Source: Bdellovibrionota bacterium
GTDB lineage: Bacteria; Bdellovibrionota_G; JALEGL01; DATDPG01
Assembly (NCBI GenBank): GCA_963668355.1
Contig: OY764265.1
Location: 2,144,001-2,208,000 of the forward strand
Direction of reading: 5' to 3'
DNA: 64,000 bases
Shown: one piece after another, positions 30,637 to 39,756 of the stretch
Numbering within the stretch: position 1 is the first letter of the stretch
Layout: each line of letters opens with the position of its first letter
Notes under the pieces: model-generated
Databases searched by the model: none
Told to the model about the DNA's origin: nothing
Seen by the model: the letters and a program-made list of their open reading frames with translations, nothing else
Translations under genes and position numbers: made by a program

Positions 30637-31211
30637 AACGCGTGTTTTTGGCTTTGGTTTTTCTCTTTTCCGTTCAGTCTTCTTATGCGCTCACGGTTCG
30701 CCCGATGAACGTCGAAGAATTGATCGTCCATGCCGAACGCATTTTTCTGGGAACCGTTACAAAGGTTTACTCGGAGCATGTCCCCGGCCGTCCCCCAGCC
30801 ATGGTGACGCAGTTCAAAGTGTTGGAAGTCTACAAGGGAATGATGGGAGCGGAGGTGCTTTCCCGACAATTGGCTCGAAAAGGACCTCTTGGAGAGTTGG
30901 TTCCGATGGTGGCCATGCCGCAATTTGCCTTGGGGGAAACGGCCGTCGTGTTTTTAACGGGGGAAAGTTCATTGGGCTTTTCCAGTCCCTTGGGCCTCAA
31001 GCAAGGTACCTTCCGAATGGTGGGAAAAACTCCGGATCAATCGGTTTTTTTAAATGGCCGTAAAAACCACCGACTGTTTTCAAATATCACGCATTCCAAA
31101 ACCCGAGCATTGGCCGAGCGCATTCAAAGCGCCCCGTTGAAGAAAAAACATCCGGGCCTGTCGTTGAAAGAATTGAGAGACCTCATCCAGGTGCGTTTGG
31201 AGGAGGACTAA
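30630..31211 (+). CDS. Exported hypothetical protein, partner of the downstream metalloprotease
   Basis: Signal peptide; AERIFLGTV...F..GE.AVVFL...GL.QG.F pattern; translationally coupled on both sides. Confidence 0.7.
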   Translation: MVKRVFLALVFLFSVQSSYALTVRPMNVEELIVHAERIFLGTVTKVYSEHVPGRPPAMVTQFKVLEVYKGMMGAEVLSRQLARKGPLGELVPMVAMPQFALGETAVVFLTGESSLGFSSPLGLKQGTFRMVGKTPDQSVFLNGRKNHRLFSNITHSKTRALAERIQSAPLKKKHPGLSLKELRDLIQVRLEED

Positions 31212-31212
31212 T

Positions 31213-33396
31213 ATGAAAGGCCTTCTCGTTCTCATCTCCACCCTGTTTCTCTCCTCTTCGGTCTTTGGTGCCGGTTTCTTGGATCATGTGGATGGCGAGC
31301 CTTACCGATGGAATGGCACGATCACGTATCACGTGGACAATGATAGCCTGGGAGATATCTCTCATGCCGCAGCCAAGACCTTGGTGGGTGATTCTTTGGC
31401 CACGTGGGAAAACATCTCCATTGCCACAATTGATTTCCAAGAAGGAAGTGATTTGGCGGTCAACATCGCGGGCCCCGGTCAAGCCAACTTGGATGATTGC
31501 ACACAAGGAAATTGGGACGATTACATTTATGTGGATGAATCGGGCGCGCCCCGGACGGCCGATAGTGTGAACGACAGCATTGTGATTTTTGATTCGGATG
31601 GATCCATCATCGATTGTTTGTTGGGCGTAGGAAACTCCCTCAATGTTTTGGGGCTGGCTTCTCCCGGAAATTTGGATGATGAAACCATGACGATCACCAA
31701 CGGTCTCATACTCATCAACGGTCGGAACGCTTCGTCTGCAAATGCGGATCGAATTCAAGCCACCATCACACACGAAACGGGACATCTTCTCAATTTGGCC
31801 CACACGCAGCTCAATCACGAAGAGGCATTTGATGATGATTCCGACAATGACTATGTGATTCCCACGATGTTTCCGTATCTTCCAGATGATTTTGATGAGT
31901 TGAATACACCGGAGGCCGATGACGAGTTTTCCTTGGCGTATCTCTATCCCGCTTCGTCGTACGCAGATATGGGCATGATTCAAGGAAGCATTCGACGCAG
32001 AAATGGGGACGGCGTTCGGGGAGTGAGCGTGTATTGCCGAGATACTTCTAACTCCTTGGTCAATGCCGTCAGTTGGATCTCCGACTTTGTGGAAGCAGGA
32101 GAGGGCGAGTATTGGTGCGGAAATCTGACGAGTGGAAATTACCAGGTTGAAATCGAGCCCATCTTTCTCGCGATCAATTATTTTGATCCCTATCCTCCGT
32201 TTGTTGTGGAAGAGTTTTACAGCGGAGATGTGGAAGGCGCGGATCCCGCGACCGATTTGAGCAAGTACGATGGGGCCAACCTCGAAGAGCCCGATGAAGT
32301 TCGGACCAGCATCGCGGTTGCTGCGGGAGAGACAGTTTCCGATATTGACATCGTTTTGAACGAAGATGGTCGCCTGAGGTCGGGACAAGCGGTCACCGGG
32401 ACCTCAAAAGGTTTTTTCCCGTCCATGGAATATTTCATCAAAGTCCCCGAAGGAGCTTCGGGCATTCGATTTGATTTGGTGGCCGAAGACAATAATGTCG
32501 ATTTGGATTTATTGGTAAAATGTGCGCCGGAGTTTTCGCTTCCCTTTATGTCCACGGTGCCGTCTTTGGTGACATCCTCAGGAGATTCCCAACAGGCTGA
32601 ATTCTCATCCACCAGTTTGCAAGGAACGGAACAAATCGTCATTGAAGGCGAGAGCCTTTCGGCTTGCACATACCATATCCTGATTCCAAATTTCAGTTCC
32701 GAGTTCCTTCCTTCGGATGGCATTCTTCGTGCCAATTATATTTCCGGTAGCAGCGCCAACTTTGAATTAACGGCCACGGTTCTGGGAGCCGACCCCCGAT
32801 TGAATATCGTTCAAGGTCCGGGAACGCTTCAAGACGGAGGAACGGGTGAAATTCTTGTGGCCAGTCGGACGTTTCGGGCCTTCGACGACGACATTGAACT
32901 GGAAGATGTTTCCTTCACGGACTCGGGTCCCGGCGATCTTTCCACCGTAAGTTCGGTTCAGTTGTATCTAGACGCGGATGAGGACGGTTCCTATGAGGGA
33001 GAGAATGACCGCCTTTTGGCTTCATCTACCGTGGATGCCAGCACGAGAAAGGTGGTTTTTGAGGATCTGAATCGCTTCATTGAGGAGAATGAAACGGAGA
33101 CCTATCTCCTGACCTATACCGTTTCGGAGGCCTCTTCGTCGGCCAGCCTGGGAGTGCTCTTTGCGATTTTGATGCTCGGAATGTTGCTGACTTTCCGGAC
33201 CCCTCTTCGAAGAGGCGTCGGAGTTTTGCTTCTTTTCTGTGTTTTGGGCGTCGGCAGTTGTGGATCTTCCTCGCGAACGTTCGAGCCTGACATTCTAGAA
33301 GGGGATGTCACCGTTACAGGGATGACGTTTGGGTCCAATGTTTCCGTTTGCGTGAACAACGCCGAATCGGTCAGCGAATATTTTCAGTGTCGCTAA
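31213..33396 (+). CDS. Secreted matrixin-like metzincin protease with Ig/PPC-like domains and C-terminal membrane segments
   Basis: HETGHLLNLAH zinc motif, Met-turn PTMFP, DLDL (PPC-like) motif and two hydrophobic segments near the C-terminus. Confidence 0.75.
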   Translation: MKGLLVLISTLFLSSSVFGAGFLDHVDGEPYRWNGTITYHVDNDSLGDISHAAAKTLVGDSLATWENISIATIDFQEGSDLAVNIAGPGQANLDDCTQGNWDDYIYVDESGAPRTADSVNDSIVIFDSDGSIIDCLLGVGNSLNVLGLASPGNLDDETMTITNGLILINGRNASSANADRIQATITHETGHLLNLAHTQLNHEEAFDDDSDNDYVIPTMFPYLPDDFDELNTPEADDEFSLAYLYPASSYADMGMIQGSIRRRNGDGVRGVSVYCRDTSNSLVNAVSWISDFVEAGEGEYWCGNLTSGNYQVEIEPIFLAINYFDPYPPFVVEEFYSGDVEGADPATDLSKYDGANLEEPDEVRTSIAVAAGETVSDIDIVLNEDGRLRSGQAVTGTSKGFFPSMEYFIKVPEGASGIRFDLVAEDNNVDLDLLVKCAPEFSLPFMSTVPSLVTSSGDSQQAEFSSTSLQGTEQIVIEGESLSACTYHILIPNFSSEFLPSDGILRANYISGSSANFELTATVLGADPRLNIVQGPGTLQDGGTGEILVASRTFRAFDDDIELEDVSFTDSGPGDLSTVSSVQLYLDADEDGSYEGENDRLLASSTVDASTRKVVFEDLNRFIEENETETYLLTYTVSEASSSASLGVLFAILMLGMLLTFRTPLRRGVGVLLLFCVLGVGSCGSSSRTFEPDILEGDVTVTGMTFGSNVSVCVNNAESVSEYFQCR

Positions 33397-33399
33397 AAT

Positions 33400-33951
33400 T
33401 TAAAGAAAGCCGTTTTCTTTCAGAACGTTTTCAACCTTTTGATGCAGCTCTTCAACCGAGCCTTCATTTAGGATGACGACATCCGCCTCTTGAAGGCAGA
33501 GGTCGATTTGTTGCGCCTTGTTGACGGAGGAATGTTCCCGGTCTTCCATTTCTTTGAATTTCTCCAAAGACTCCGCATTCTCGTTTCGACCCCTTTGTTT
33601 TGCTCTCTCAAAACGAAGCTCAATCGGCGCATCTACGGCCAAGAGCAAAAACGTTCCGGCTTGCCTCAAAAATCGAATTTCTTCGGGATTTCGAACCGAA
33701 TCCACCACCGAAATGGGGCTTTGGAGCTTGGGGATGGTCATTTTAGCCAAGACTCCAGGGCCGCCCTTCTCGCGTAACTCTTGTCCCAGAGCAATGAGCG
33801 TTTCGCGTGAAGCCTCCAGATTGCGTTTTTGGGCCTCATCACGCAGAACATCGGACAGAGATCGATAAAAGAAACCTCTGCGACGCAGAAAATCAGCCAC
33901 TTCACCTTTTCCCGACGCGTTTCTTCCCGTCAGGCCGACGATTTTAATCAT
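33400..33951 (-). CDS. P-loop nucleotide/dephospho-CoA kinase-like protein
   Basis: GLTGRNASGKG, SLSDVLR, DSVRNPEE and ADVVILNEGS motifs. Confidence 0.75.
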   Translation of the reverse strand: MIKIVGLTGRNASGKGEVADFLRRRGFFYRSLSDVLRDEAQKRNLEASRETLIALGQELREKGGPGVLAKMTIPKLQSPISVVDSVRNPEEIRFLRQAGTFLLLAVDAPIELRFERAKQRGRNENAESLEKFKEMEDREHSSVNKAQQIDLCLQEADVVILNEGSVEELHQKVENVLKENGFL

Positions 33952-34672
33952 CGTCGAAATTGAAGTTCGGCTGTCGGAACGGATTCTTGTCTTCGGAGTT
34001 CCCGAGTTCCGTGTCGAAACTGGTGGGTGTATAGGTATCGACCGAGTTGCTCATTTCTTCATCATAAGAGTCGTACTCGCCTTCCAAGAACTTACGAGAG
34101 GTATCAAAGTCATCCAACGGGCTCTGCCTGCGACGACCACCGCCCCCTCCGGAATTGCTGTTAAAGGAGGAATTGGAAGAGGAGTTCCATCGCGGAGATC
34201 CATTTTCTTCCGTTGTTTTTGTTTTTGCCGGAGCCGCAGCGACCTTGGGCTCGGGTACCACAACCACTTCAGGTTTAGGAGAAACCTTTTTTGGCGCCAC
34301 TTTCTTCACGATCTTCTTTTTGGCGGCTTTTTTCTTGGGAGCCGCTTTCTTTGTGGCTTTTTTCTTGGTTGCTTTCTTCTTTGCCACTTTCTTTTTGGCC
34401 GGTTTTTTCTTCGCAGCCTTCTTCTTGGTTACGCTCTTTTTCTTGGCGGCTTTCTTTTTCGTGGCCTTTTTCTTTGTGGTTTTCTTTTTAGGAGCTTTTT
34501 TCTTTGTGGCCTTCTTTTTGGCAGTTTTCTTCTTTGCGGCCTTCTTTTTGCCCGCTTTTTTCTTCGTCGTTTTCTTTTTGGCGACTTTTTTCTTGGTCGC
34601 TTTTTTCTTTTTTACGACCTTTTTCTTGGTTGTTTTCTTCTTTGCCTTTTTCTTCGCTTTTTTCTTGGCCAT
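33944..34672 (-). CDS. Histone H1-like Lys/Ala-rich protein
   Basis: About 130 aa of KKKxx repeats (KKKAT/KKKAA/KKKTT), then a Ser/Asp-rich tail; RBS GGGAG. Confidence 0.75.
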   Translation of the reverse strand: MAKKKAKKKAKKKTTKKKVVKKKKATKKKVAKKKTTKKKAGKKKAAKKKTAKKKATKKKAPKKKTTKKKATKKKAAKKKSVTKKKAAKKKPAKKKVAKKKATKKKATKKAAPKKKAAKKKIVKKVAPKKVSPKPEVVVVPEPKVAAAPAKTKTTEENGSPRWNSSSNSSFNSNSGGGGGRRRQSPLDDFDTSRKFLEGEYDSYDEEMSNSVDTYTPTSFDTELGNSEDKNPFRQPNFNFDDD

Positions 34673-34870
34673 ATCAACTCCCTAAGTGCCTGAAAACATG
34701 GAAAAAACTTTTTTATGTTCCGATAGGCAAGAGAGAACCATAAACCCGAAGCCGAATCAAGGTTTTCTCCTTGTAAAGAATTGGCTCCTGGCCGATTTGC
34801 CCCTTGTGCCCCGGAAGCACCTATATTAATAGAGTAAGTTCGCTTGAAAGCGAGACCCTAAATGTAAACG

Positions 34871-35219
34871 GGGGGCGACAGGTTTCGACAGGATTTGTAA
34901 CTGTTCAGGTCGCACGCCGAGGATCCACCTGGCCTCGTAAAAAAGGTGGGACTAAAACGAGGTGATAACACCGAGTATGCTCTGGCAGCTTAGCTAGCCA
35001 CGTCTGAACCGAAGACACCTGCTATTTGGGAATGACGTAAAAACAGCGGGTTAGTGGTTGGGAGTGCCTGAATAACCAACCGCGAATTTTTCTCAGGCTC
35101 GCCAAAGGAAATCCTGTTCATGGGAGTTACAGAGGCTAAAAACAAATCATGAACTAAGCGTGTAGTGGCAGAACCGAAGCGAATTTTGGACGGGGGTTCA
35201 ATTCCCCCCGCCTCCACCA
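34871..35219 (+). ncRNA. ssrA: tmRNA
   Basis: 5' GGGGGCG...TTCGAC; 3' T-arm GGTTCAATTCC and CGCCTCCACCA; internal tag ORF 34961-34993 encoding GDNTEYALAA*. Confidence 0.95.
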
Positions 35220-35442
35220 GCCTTCGCGAGTTGAAAACGAGCGGAGGCTGTCCCGCCGAAGCCTTGGCGAAGGCGGACTCTTTCCTTTCAAACCGGAAGC
35301 TACGGCTGGGCAAGCCCAAAAAAAGGAGCAAGATCAATTTATCAGCCTTCGCGAGTTGAAAACGAGCGGAGGCTGTCCCGCCGAAGCCTTGGCGAAGGCG
35401 GACCTCTGAGTCTCAAAACTAAAAGCTACGGCTGGGCGAGCC
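35218..35442 (+). repeat. Two tandem palindromic units abutting the tmRNA 3' end
   Basis: Identical 61-bp blocks at 35218-35278 and 35343-35403 (containing ccgccgaagccttggcgaaggcgg). Each is followed by an 18-19 nt variable segment and aagctacggctgggc(a/g)agcc. Confidence 0.9.
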
Positions 35443-35475
35443 AGATTTGGCATTGCTTTTGCCTTCCTTTTTAGC

Positions 35476-35712
35476 ATATACGTTTACATTCTTTCGAATC
35501 ACGAGAATCCGCCCAGGCATTATGTGGGGTCCACAGCGAATTTGAGCGCTAGGCTAAAATCTCACAACAATGGTCAAGTGCCTCACACGTCCAAATTTCG
35601 GCCTTGGGAATTTGATGTGGTTGTTCGATTTTCGGACTCGAAGAAGGCACGTCGATTTGAAAAATACTTAAAATCAGGATCTGGCAGAGCTTTTGCGAAA
35701 AAACATTTCTGA
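35476..35712 (+). CDS. Small GIY-YIG nuclease; start codon unclear, possibly a pseudogene
   Basis: IYVYILS...HYVGST.NL..RL..HN.G....TSKFRPW...E.YLKSGSGR. No ATG precedes the YVY motif; the first in-frame codon there is ATA. Confidence 0.8.
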   Translation: MYVYILSNHENPPRHYVGSTANLSARLKSHNNGQVPHTSKFRPWEFDVVVRFSDSKKARRFEKYLKSGSGRAFAKKHF

Positions 35713-35774
35713 ACCTCACAACATTCATGAATGTTGTGAGGTTCATCCCGGCGTAGCCCAAAGGGCGAAGCCGG
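35710..35774. repeat. Perfect 36-bp palindrome plus a GC-rich hairpin after the GIY-YIG gene
   Basis: tgaacctcacaacattca|tgaatgttgtgaggttca (35710-35745), then ccggcgtagcccaaagggcgaagccgg. Confidence 0.85.
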
Positions 35775-35906
35775 ATCTTCTCATTCCAAAACCCGAGGGT
35801 TCGCGTGCTCGCGCACGCAGACCTGTAGAGTATTCGCCTCAGACCCAACTTCGTTGGGTACCCCTTCGGCTCTATTTGTTGATAGGCAGGTTCTCGTGCG
35901 GTCCAC

Positions 35907-36057
35907 CCCATGCAGCCACCCTTTGGGTGTTTTGTAAGCATCATTTCAAAAAAAAACGAATGTTGAAAAATATTTTACACACAGTACTATCGGAATGTGT
36001 TTGGCGGGCCCATATTAATAGACTGAAATTGGGTTCAGTCGTGTGGACCCGGAATTT
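35907..36057 (+). repeat. ~140-150 bp promoter-bearing module, copy 1
   Basis: Shares cccatgcagccaccctttggg and tcggaatgtgtttggcggg..catattaatagactg..ttcagtcgtgtg with 38346-38483; contains TTGAAA-N16-TACTAT. Confidence 0.8.
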
Positions 36058-36062
36058 GAGAA

Positions 36063-38228
36063 ATGAAACAGACGGAGAAACTTACCGACATCATTGATGA
36101 AATTTCTGGAGACCGTCCCAAGTCTGACCCTGTAGACGACAAACTTAACTACGCTCCTTTTGCTAAACATCTCTCAAAGGCACTGGTAGACATCAAAGCG
36201 ACCCAAGGGCTAGTAATAGCTATCTATGGGAACTGGGGCTGTGGGAAATCAACGATCCTCAATTTCGTCAAACACTACCTAAATCGTGACCCCAAGGCCG
36301 TAAACATTGAGAAATTAGACTTCAATCCCTGGGTTTTTTCGGGTCACGAAGACTTAATTCAACAGTTTTTTAATCAACTACAAATCAGCCTCAGCGGGGA
36401 AGATTCATCCGAACAAAAAGAACTAGTAAAGAAGATAAGCGATTTTGCGCTTGCTGTTGGAGAGGTCCCATTGCCATACGCTCATCATGGGCGATGGATA
36501 GGCAAAATCTTGAGGCTGGGGCAAAAACCGAAAAATATTTTTTCTCTGAAAAGAGAAATTGAAAAAGAACTCTTACGAACCGAGAAAAAATTCCTCATCA
36601 TTTTGGACGATGTGGATCGATTGATAGACGAGGAGATTCGACATCTCTTTCGCCTTATTAAATCCGTTGCTGATTTTCCCAATGTTATTTACTTGCTAGC
36701 CTTTGACAAAACTGTCGTGGCAACGGCTATTGAGTCGTTGCAAAAGGATCGAGGGGATGAGTACCTTGAAAAGATTATTCAAGTACCATTCGAGGTCCCA
36801 AAGGCCGACAAACTATCTTTGCGAGTAATGCTAACGGATCGTCTTAACAAGATTTGGGGTGAGGTAGACGACCGCCTTGCTGACAACACTTACATGGGAA
36901 ATCTATTCATTGAAGGAATTGATCCCTTTATAGAAACCCCTCGTGATGTCGTAAGGCTTACAAACTCTATGAGCATAACTTACCAAGCGGTGAGGAATGA
37001 GGTAAACCCAGCAGATTTTGCCGTTATAGAAACAGTGAGGCTGTTTCTGCCTTCGCTCTACGAAACTATTCGTGACAACCCAGAGTATTTTGTTGGTTCC
37101 AGGTCGGATCGTTCAAGCCATAGAGATGATGTTGAAAAGGCGTTTCATGAGGCATGGCTCCAAGCGATTACGACTAGCCAAAAGGAGATCGTTAAGACGT
37201 TTATGTGTAGGTTGTTTCCTCGACTCAACGGATTTTTTAGGAACGAATTTTTTGGGCCTGATTGGGAGCAAACTTGGTCAAAACGTCTCCGTGTGTGTAG
37301 CGCGGAAGTATTTCCCTCTTACTTTAACCTTGTCCTCAAAGATGATCGTATTGGAAACCACGAAATCGATCATTTTCTTGCTACTGCCAACAACGTAAAC
37401 GACACCAGTAGACTTTTAGAGAAATTAGCAGCGCAGAAATTGCCGAATGGTCGAACCAGGGCACGGCTACTTCTTGCTAGGTTAGAAGATTTCACGAAGG
37501 AAGATGTAAATCTCTCGCAAGCAAAAAACATTATAAAGGCGCTTTTCACTGTCGGAGATGGAATAGTTGAAAAAGAACCAAAGCAGATTGGAATGTTCGA
37601 CTTCGGAATAGAAATTCAAATCGCCAGAATTATAAGGCAACTGCTTCGACGCTTTGAAATAAATGAGCGGTTTGAGGCCCTTAGAGAGGCGTTTTCCTCA
37701 GGCTCCGCCATTGCCTTGATAGCGGACGAGACGGCTTCGCTGAGTAGTGAGCATGGGAGAGCTTTTGAAAAGCAAGGGTTGCCAGAGGAAGAACGGGTGC
37801 TTTCTAAAGCAGATATCATCAAACTGGAGGAGCTTGCGTGTCGAATCCTTGCGGAGGCGGCGCAGGGTGACAAGTTATTAAAGGCCCCTAATCTTCCACG
37901 GACTCTCTGGGCTTGGAAGGAAATAGGAGGCTCTGAACAAGCAAAAGATTGGTTTCAGCGTACAACCGCTTCGGACGAAGGTCTTGTCTTAGTTCTGAAA
38001 AAGTTCCTTAGTTTCTCGCTATCTCAAGGGATTACCGACGTTATTGCCAAAAGGTCGCCACGTTTGAATCCAAAAAGCCTAGAAGGATTTACAGATCTTG
38101 AAACCTTGTATGAGAGGGTGAACCGCATAGCTGGTAGAAAGACTCTCGAAGGCGATAAGAACGTGGCCGTTAGCCAATTCTTAAAGGAATATACACTAAT
38201 TAAGGAAGGGAAAGACCCCTCTTATTGA
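36063..38228 (+). CDS. KAP-family P-loop NTPase
   Basis: D.L....FA..L, Walker A GNWGCGKS, FNPW, Walker B IILDDVDRL, YLEKIIQVPF and TPRDVVR motifs. Confidence 0.9.
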   Translation: MKQTEKLTDIIDEISGDRPKSDPVDDKLNYAPFAKHLSKALVDIKATQGLVIAIYGNWGCGKSTILNFVKHYLNRDPKAVNIEKLDFNPWVFSGHEDLIQQFFNQLQISLSGEDSSEQKELVKKISDFALAVGEVPLPYAHHGRWIGKILRLGQKPKNIFSLKREIEKELLRTEKKFLIILDDVDRLIDEEIRHLFRLIKSVADFPNVIYLLAFDKTVVATAIESLQKDRGDEYLEKIIQVPFEVPKADKLSLRVMLTDRLNKIWGEVDDRLADNTYMGNLFIEGIDPFIETPRDVVRLTNSMSITYQAVRNEVNPADFAVIETVRLFLPSLYETIRDNPEYFVGSRSDRSSHRDDVEKAFHEAWLQAITTSQKEIVKTFMCRLFPRLNGFFRNEFFGPDWEQTWSKRLRVCSAEVFPSYFNLVLKDDRIGNHEIDHFLATANNVNDTSRLLEKLAAQKLPNGRTRARLLLARLEDFTKEDVNLSQAKNIIKALFTVGDGIVEKEPKQIGMFDFGIEIQIARIIRQLLRRFEINERFEALREAFSSGSAIALIADETASLSSEHGRAFEKQGLPEEERVLSKADIIKLEELACRILAEAAQGDKLLKAPNLPRTLWAWKEIGGSEQAKDWFQRTTASDEGLVLVLKKFLSFSLSQGITDVIAKRSPRLNPKSLEGFTDLETLYERVNRIAGRKTLEGDKNVAVSQFLKEYTLIKEGKDPSY

Positions 38229-38229
38229 A

Positions 38230-38306
38230 GTCGCGGGACATACACGGGTGTCCCAAATTAGGAGAGTCTTATAGGAATCTGGGGACACCCGTGTGTGTCC
38301 CGCGAC
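38230..38306. repeat. Inverted doublet of GGGACAC/GTGTCCC hairpins (REPIN-like)
   Basis: gtcgcgggacatacacgggtgtcccaaatt (38230-38259) and its near reverse complement at 38276-38306. Confidence 0.85.
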
Positions 38307-38345
38307 GCGATCCTGCGGGCGGTTACCCGTCCTCAGGGGATCCGA

Positions 38346-38483
38346 CCCATGCAGCCACCCTTTGGGGGTCGCTTTCATTTCATAAGTAAGAAAGTGTTGA
38401 AAAAAGTTTAACATGTCGTATTGTCGGAATGTGTTTGGCGGGCACATATTAATAGACTGGAAATCGGATTCAGTCGTGTGTTC
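38346..38483 (+). repeat. Promoter-bearing module, copy 2
   Basis: Imperfect copy of 35907-36057; contains TTGAAA-N16-TATTGT. Confidence 0.8.
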
Positions 38484-38519
38484 TTTCATTTGTTAGGATT
38501 CAAGATTTGGTGAGGAAAA

Positions 38520-39680
38520 ATGAACGAGAATGTAGAAATTGTTCAAAAAGAGATTGTTCGACTAAAGGAACGCATCATCGAAGTAGAAAAGTCTGAGGTT
38601 TCTTTAAGTGAAACTGATACTCGGCAAGGATTAATAAACCCTCTATTTCGAGCTTGTGGGTGGGATTTTGGCGATTTTTTGTCTGTCAAAAGCGAATTTC
38701 GGCATGGAGATTATAACGAGCCTGTGGACTACGCGTTTTTTGCCTCAAACAAAAGGGATCGACCAATCCTTTTACTTGAAGCGAAGGCTCTTGGTCGAAA
38801 TCTTAACGATCCAAAGATTGTTAAACAATTGTGTACTTATCTAGGGGAAATGGGGGTTCAGTGGGGAGCTCTTTCCGACGGGAACAAGTACGTTATGTAC
38901 AACTCCAAAGGTGGAGCGTCTTTTTCGGACCAAAAATTCCTCACTCTCCAGATAAAGACGGTAGATACAGAAGATGGTTTGAGTAGTTTGGAAATGGCAG
39001 ACAAAATGACGGCGTTGTTAAGTCGAAATTGTCTGGAAAATGATACGATACAAAGTACTTATGAAGAACATATGGTGAATGGGCAGATCGAAACGGCTCT
39101 ATATTCACTATTATCAACTCCCTTCGATACCTTGGCATCAGCCGTTCGTAAGGAGTTTAAAGAGGATCGGGTGAAAGCAAATCCCGATTTGAGAATTTCT
39201 TCGAAACGAATCATTGAATATTTGGAAGGAATTTCAGACGAAGAAGGGCGAATTCCAATTGATCTGGAAGCATCAGAGGTACGTTCGGATGACGAAGTGC
39301 TTTATGATGTGGCAGCACAGGCACAGGATGGCACTCTGGTCTCGGGTGGGGAGCAAAGTATGACGCGCGCTCGGAGGATAGCGATTAGTGATCTCTTGGA
39401 AGATCATCTTGCATCAGAAGGTGATAACTGGAGATTTGAATATAAGGGAGAAGTTTTTTGGGGACGTGTTACGGGAAATGGTGAGATTGAAATGAATGGT
39501 GAGCTGTTTTCAAATCCCTCTAAGGCAGGCACGGCTGTTACAAACAAAGCATGTTGTGGGTGGGAAAAATGGTATTTCAAAAATCCGGATAGAAAATGGG
39601 TACCTATTGACGAGCTGCGAAAAAACTATAGAAAAAATCATGGAATAGCTGCGATTAGGTGGAAAAAGAAAAATATTTAA
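38520..39680 (+). CDS. HsdR-N-like PD-(D/E)XK endonuclease fused to a C-terminal RAMA-like domain
   Basis: SETDTR..LINPLF...GW, PVDYA...LLLEAK, QL..Y and LSDG motifs; C-terminal FSNPSKAG...CGWEKW pattern. Confidence 0.75.
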   Translation: MNENVEIVQKEIVRLKERIIEVEKSEVSLSETDTRQGLINPLFRACGWDFGDFLSVKSEFRHGDYNEPVDYAFFASNKRDRPILLLEAKALGRNLNDPKIVKQLCTYLGEMGVQWGALSDGNKYVMYNSKGGASFSDQKFLTLQIKTVDTEDGLSSLEMADKMTALLSRNCLENDTIQSTYEEHMVNGQIETALYSLLSTPFDTLASAVRKEFKEDRVKANPDLRISSKRIIEYLEGISDEEGRIPIDLEASEVRSDDEVLYDVAAQAQDGTLVSGGEQSMTRARRIAISDLLEDHLASEGDNWRFEYKGEVFWGRVTGNGEIEMNGELFSNPSKAGTAVTNKACCGWEKWYFKNPDRKWVPIDELRKNYRKNHGIAAIRWKKKNI

Positions 39681-39756
39681 ATCAAGTTAAGTAGAAAAAT
39701 CTGGGTTTCGAATTTGAGAGGGAGTACATCACATAAAACGAAAGCGTCGGTATAGA

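Noticed and set aside
31183..32388. 401-aa antisense ORF, and similar long shadow ORFs over sucD, icd and the TPR gene
   Set aside because: Fully antisense to well-supported genes, with no recognisable motifs.
34155..34685. Phe-rich 'membrane protein' ORF on the + strand
   Set aside because: It is the antisense mirror of the Lys-rich (AAA/AAG) histone-like gene.
34990..35359. ORFs 34990-35337 (-) and 35165-35359 (+)
   Set aside because: They overlap tmRNA and the palindromic repeats and are spurious.
35549..36097. ORFs 35549-35944 (-) and 35693-36097 (+) as real genes such as a transposase
   Set aside because: They cross the GIY-YIG gene, palindromes and promoter module, and no HUH or Tyr motif is visible. 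At most a decayed 5' remnant, noted under findings.
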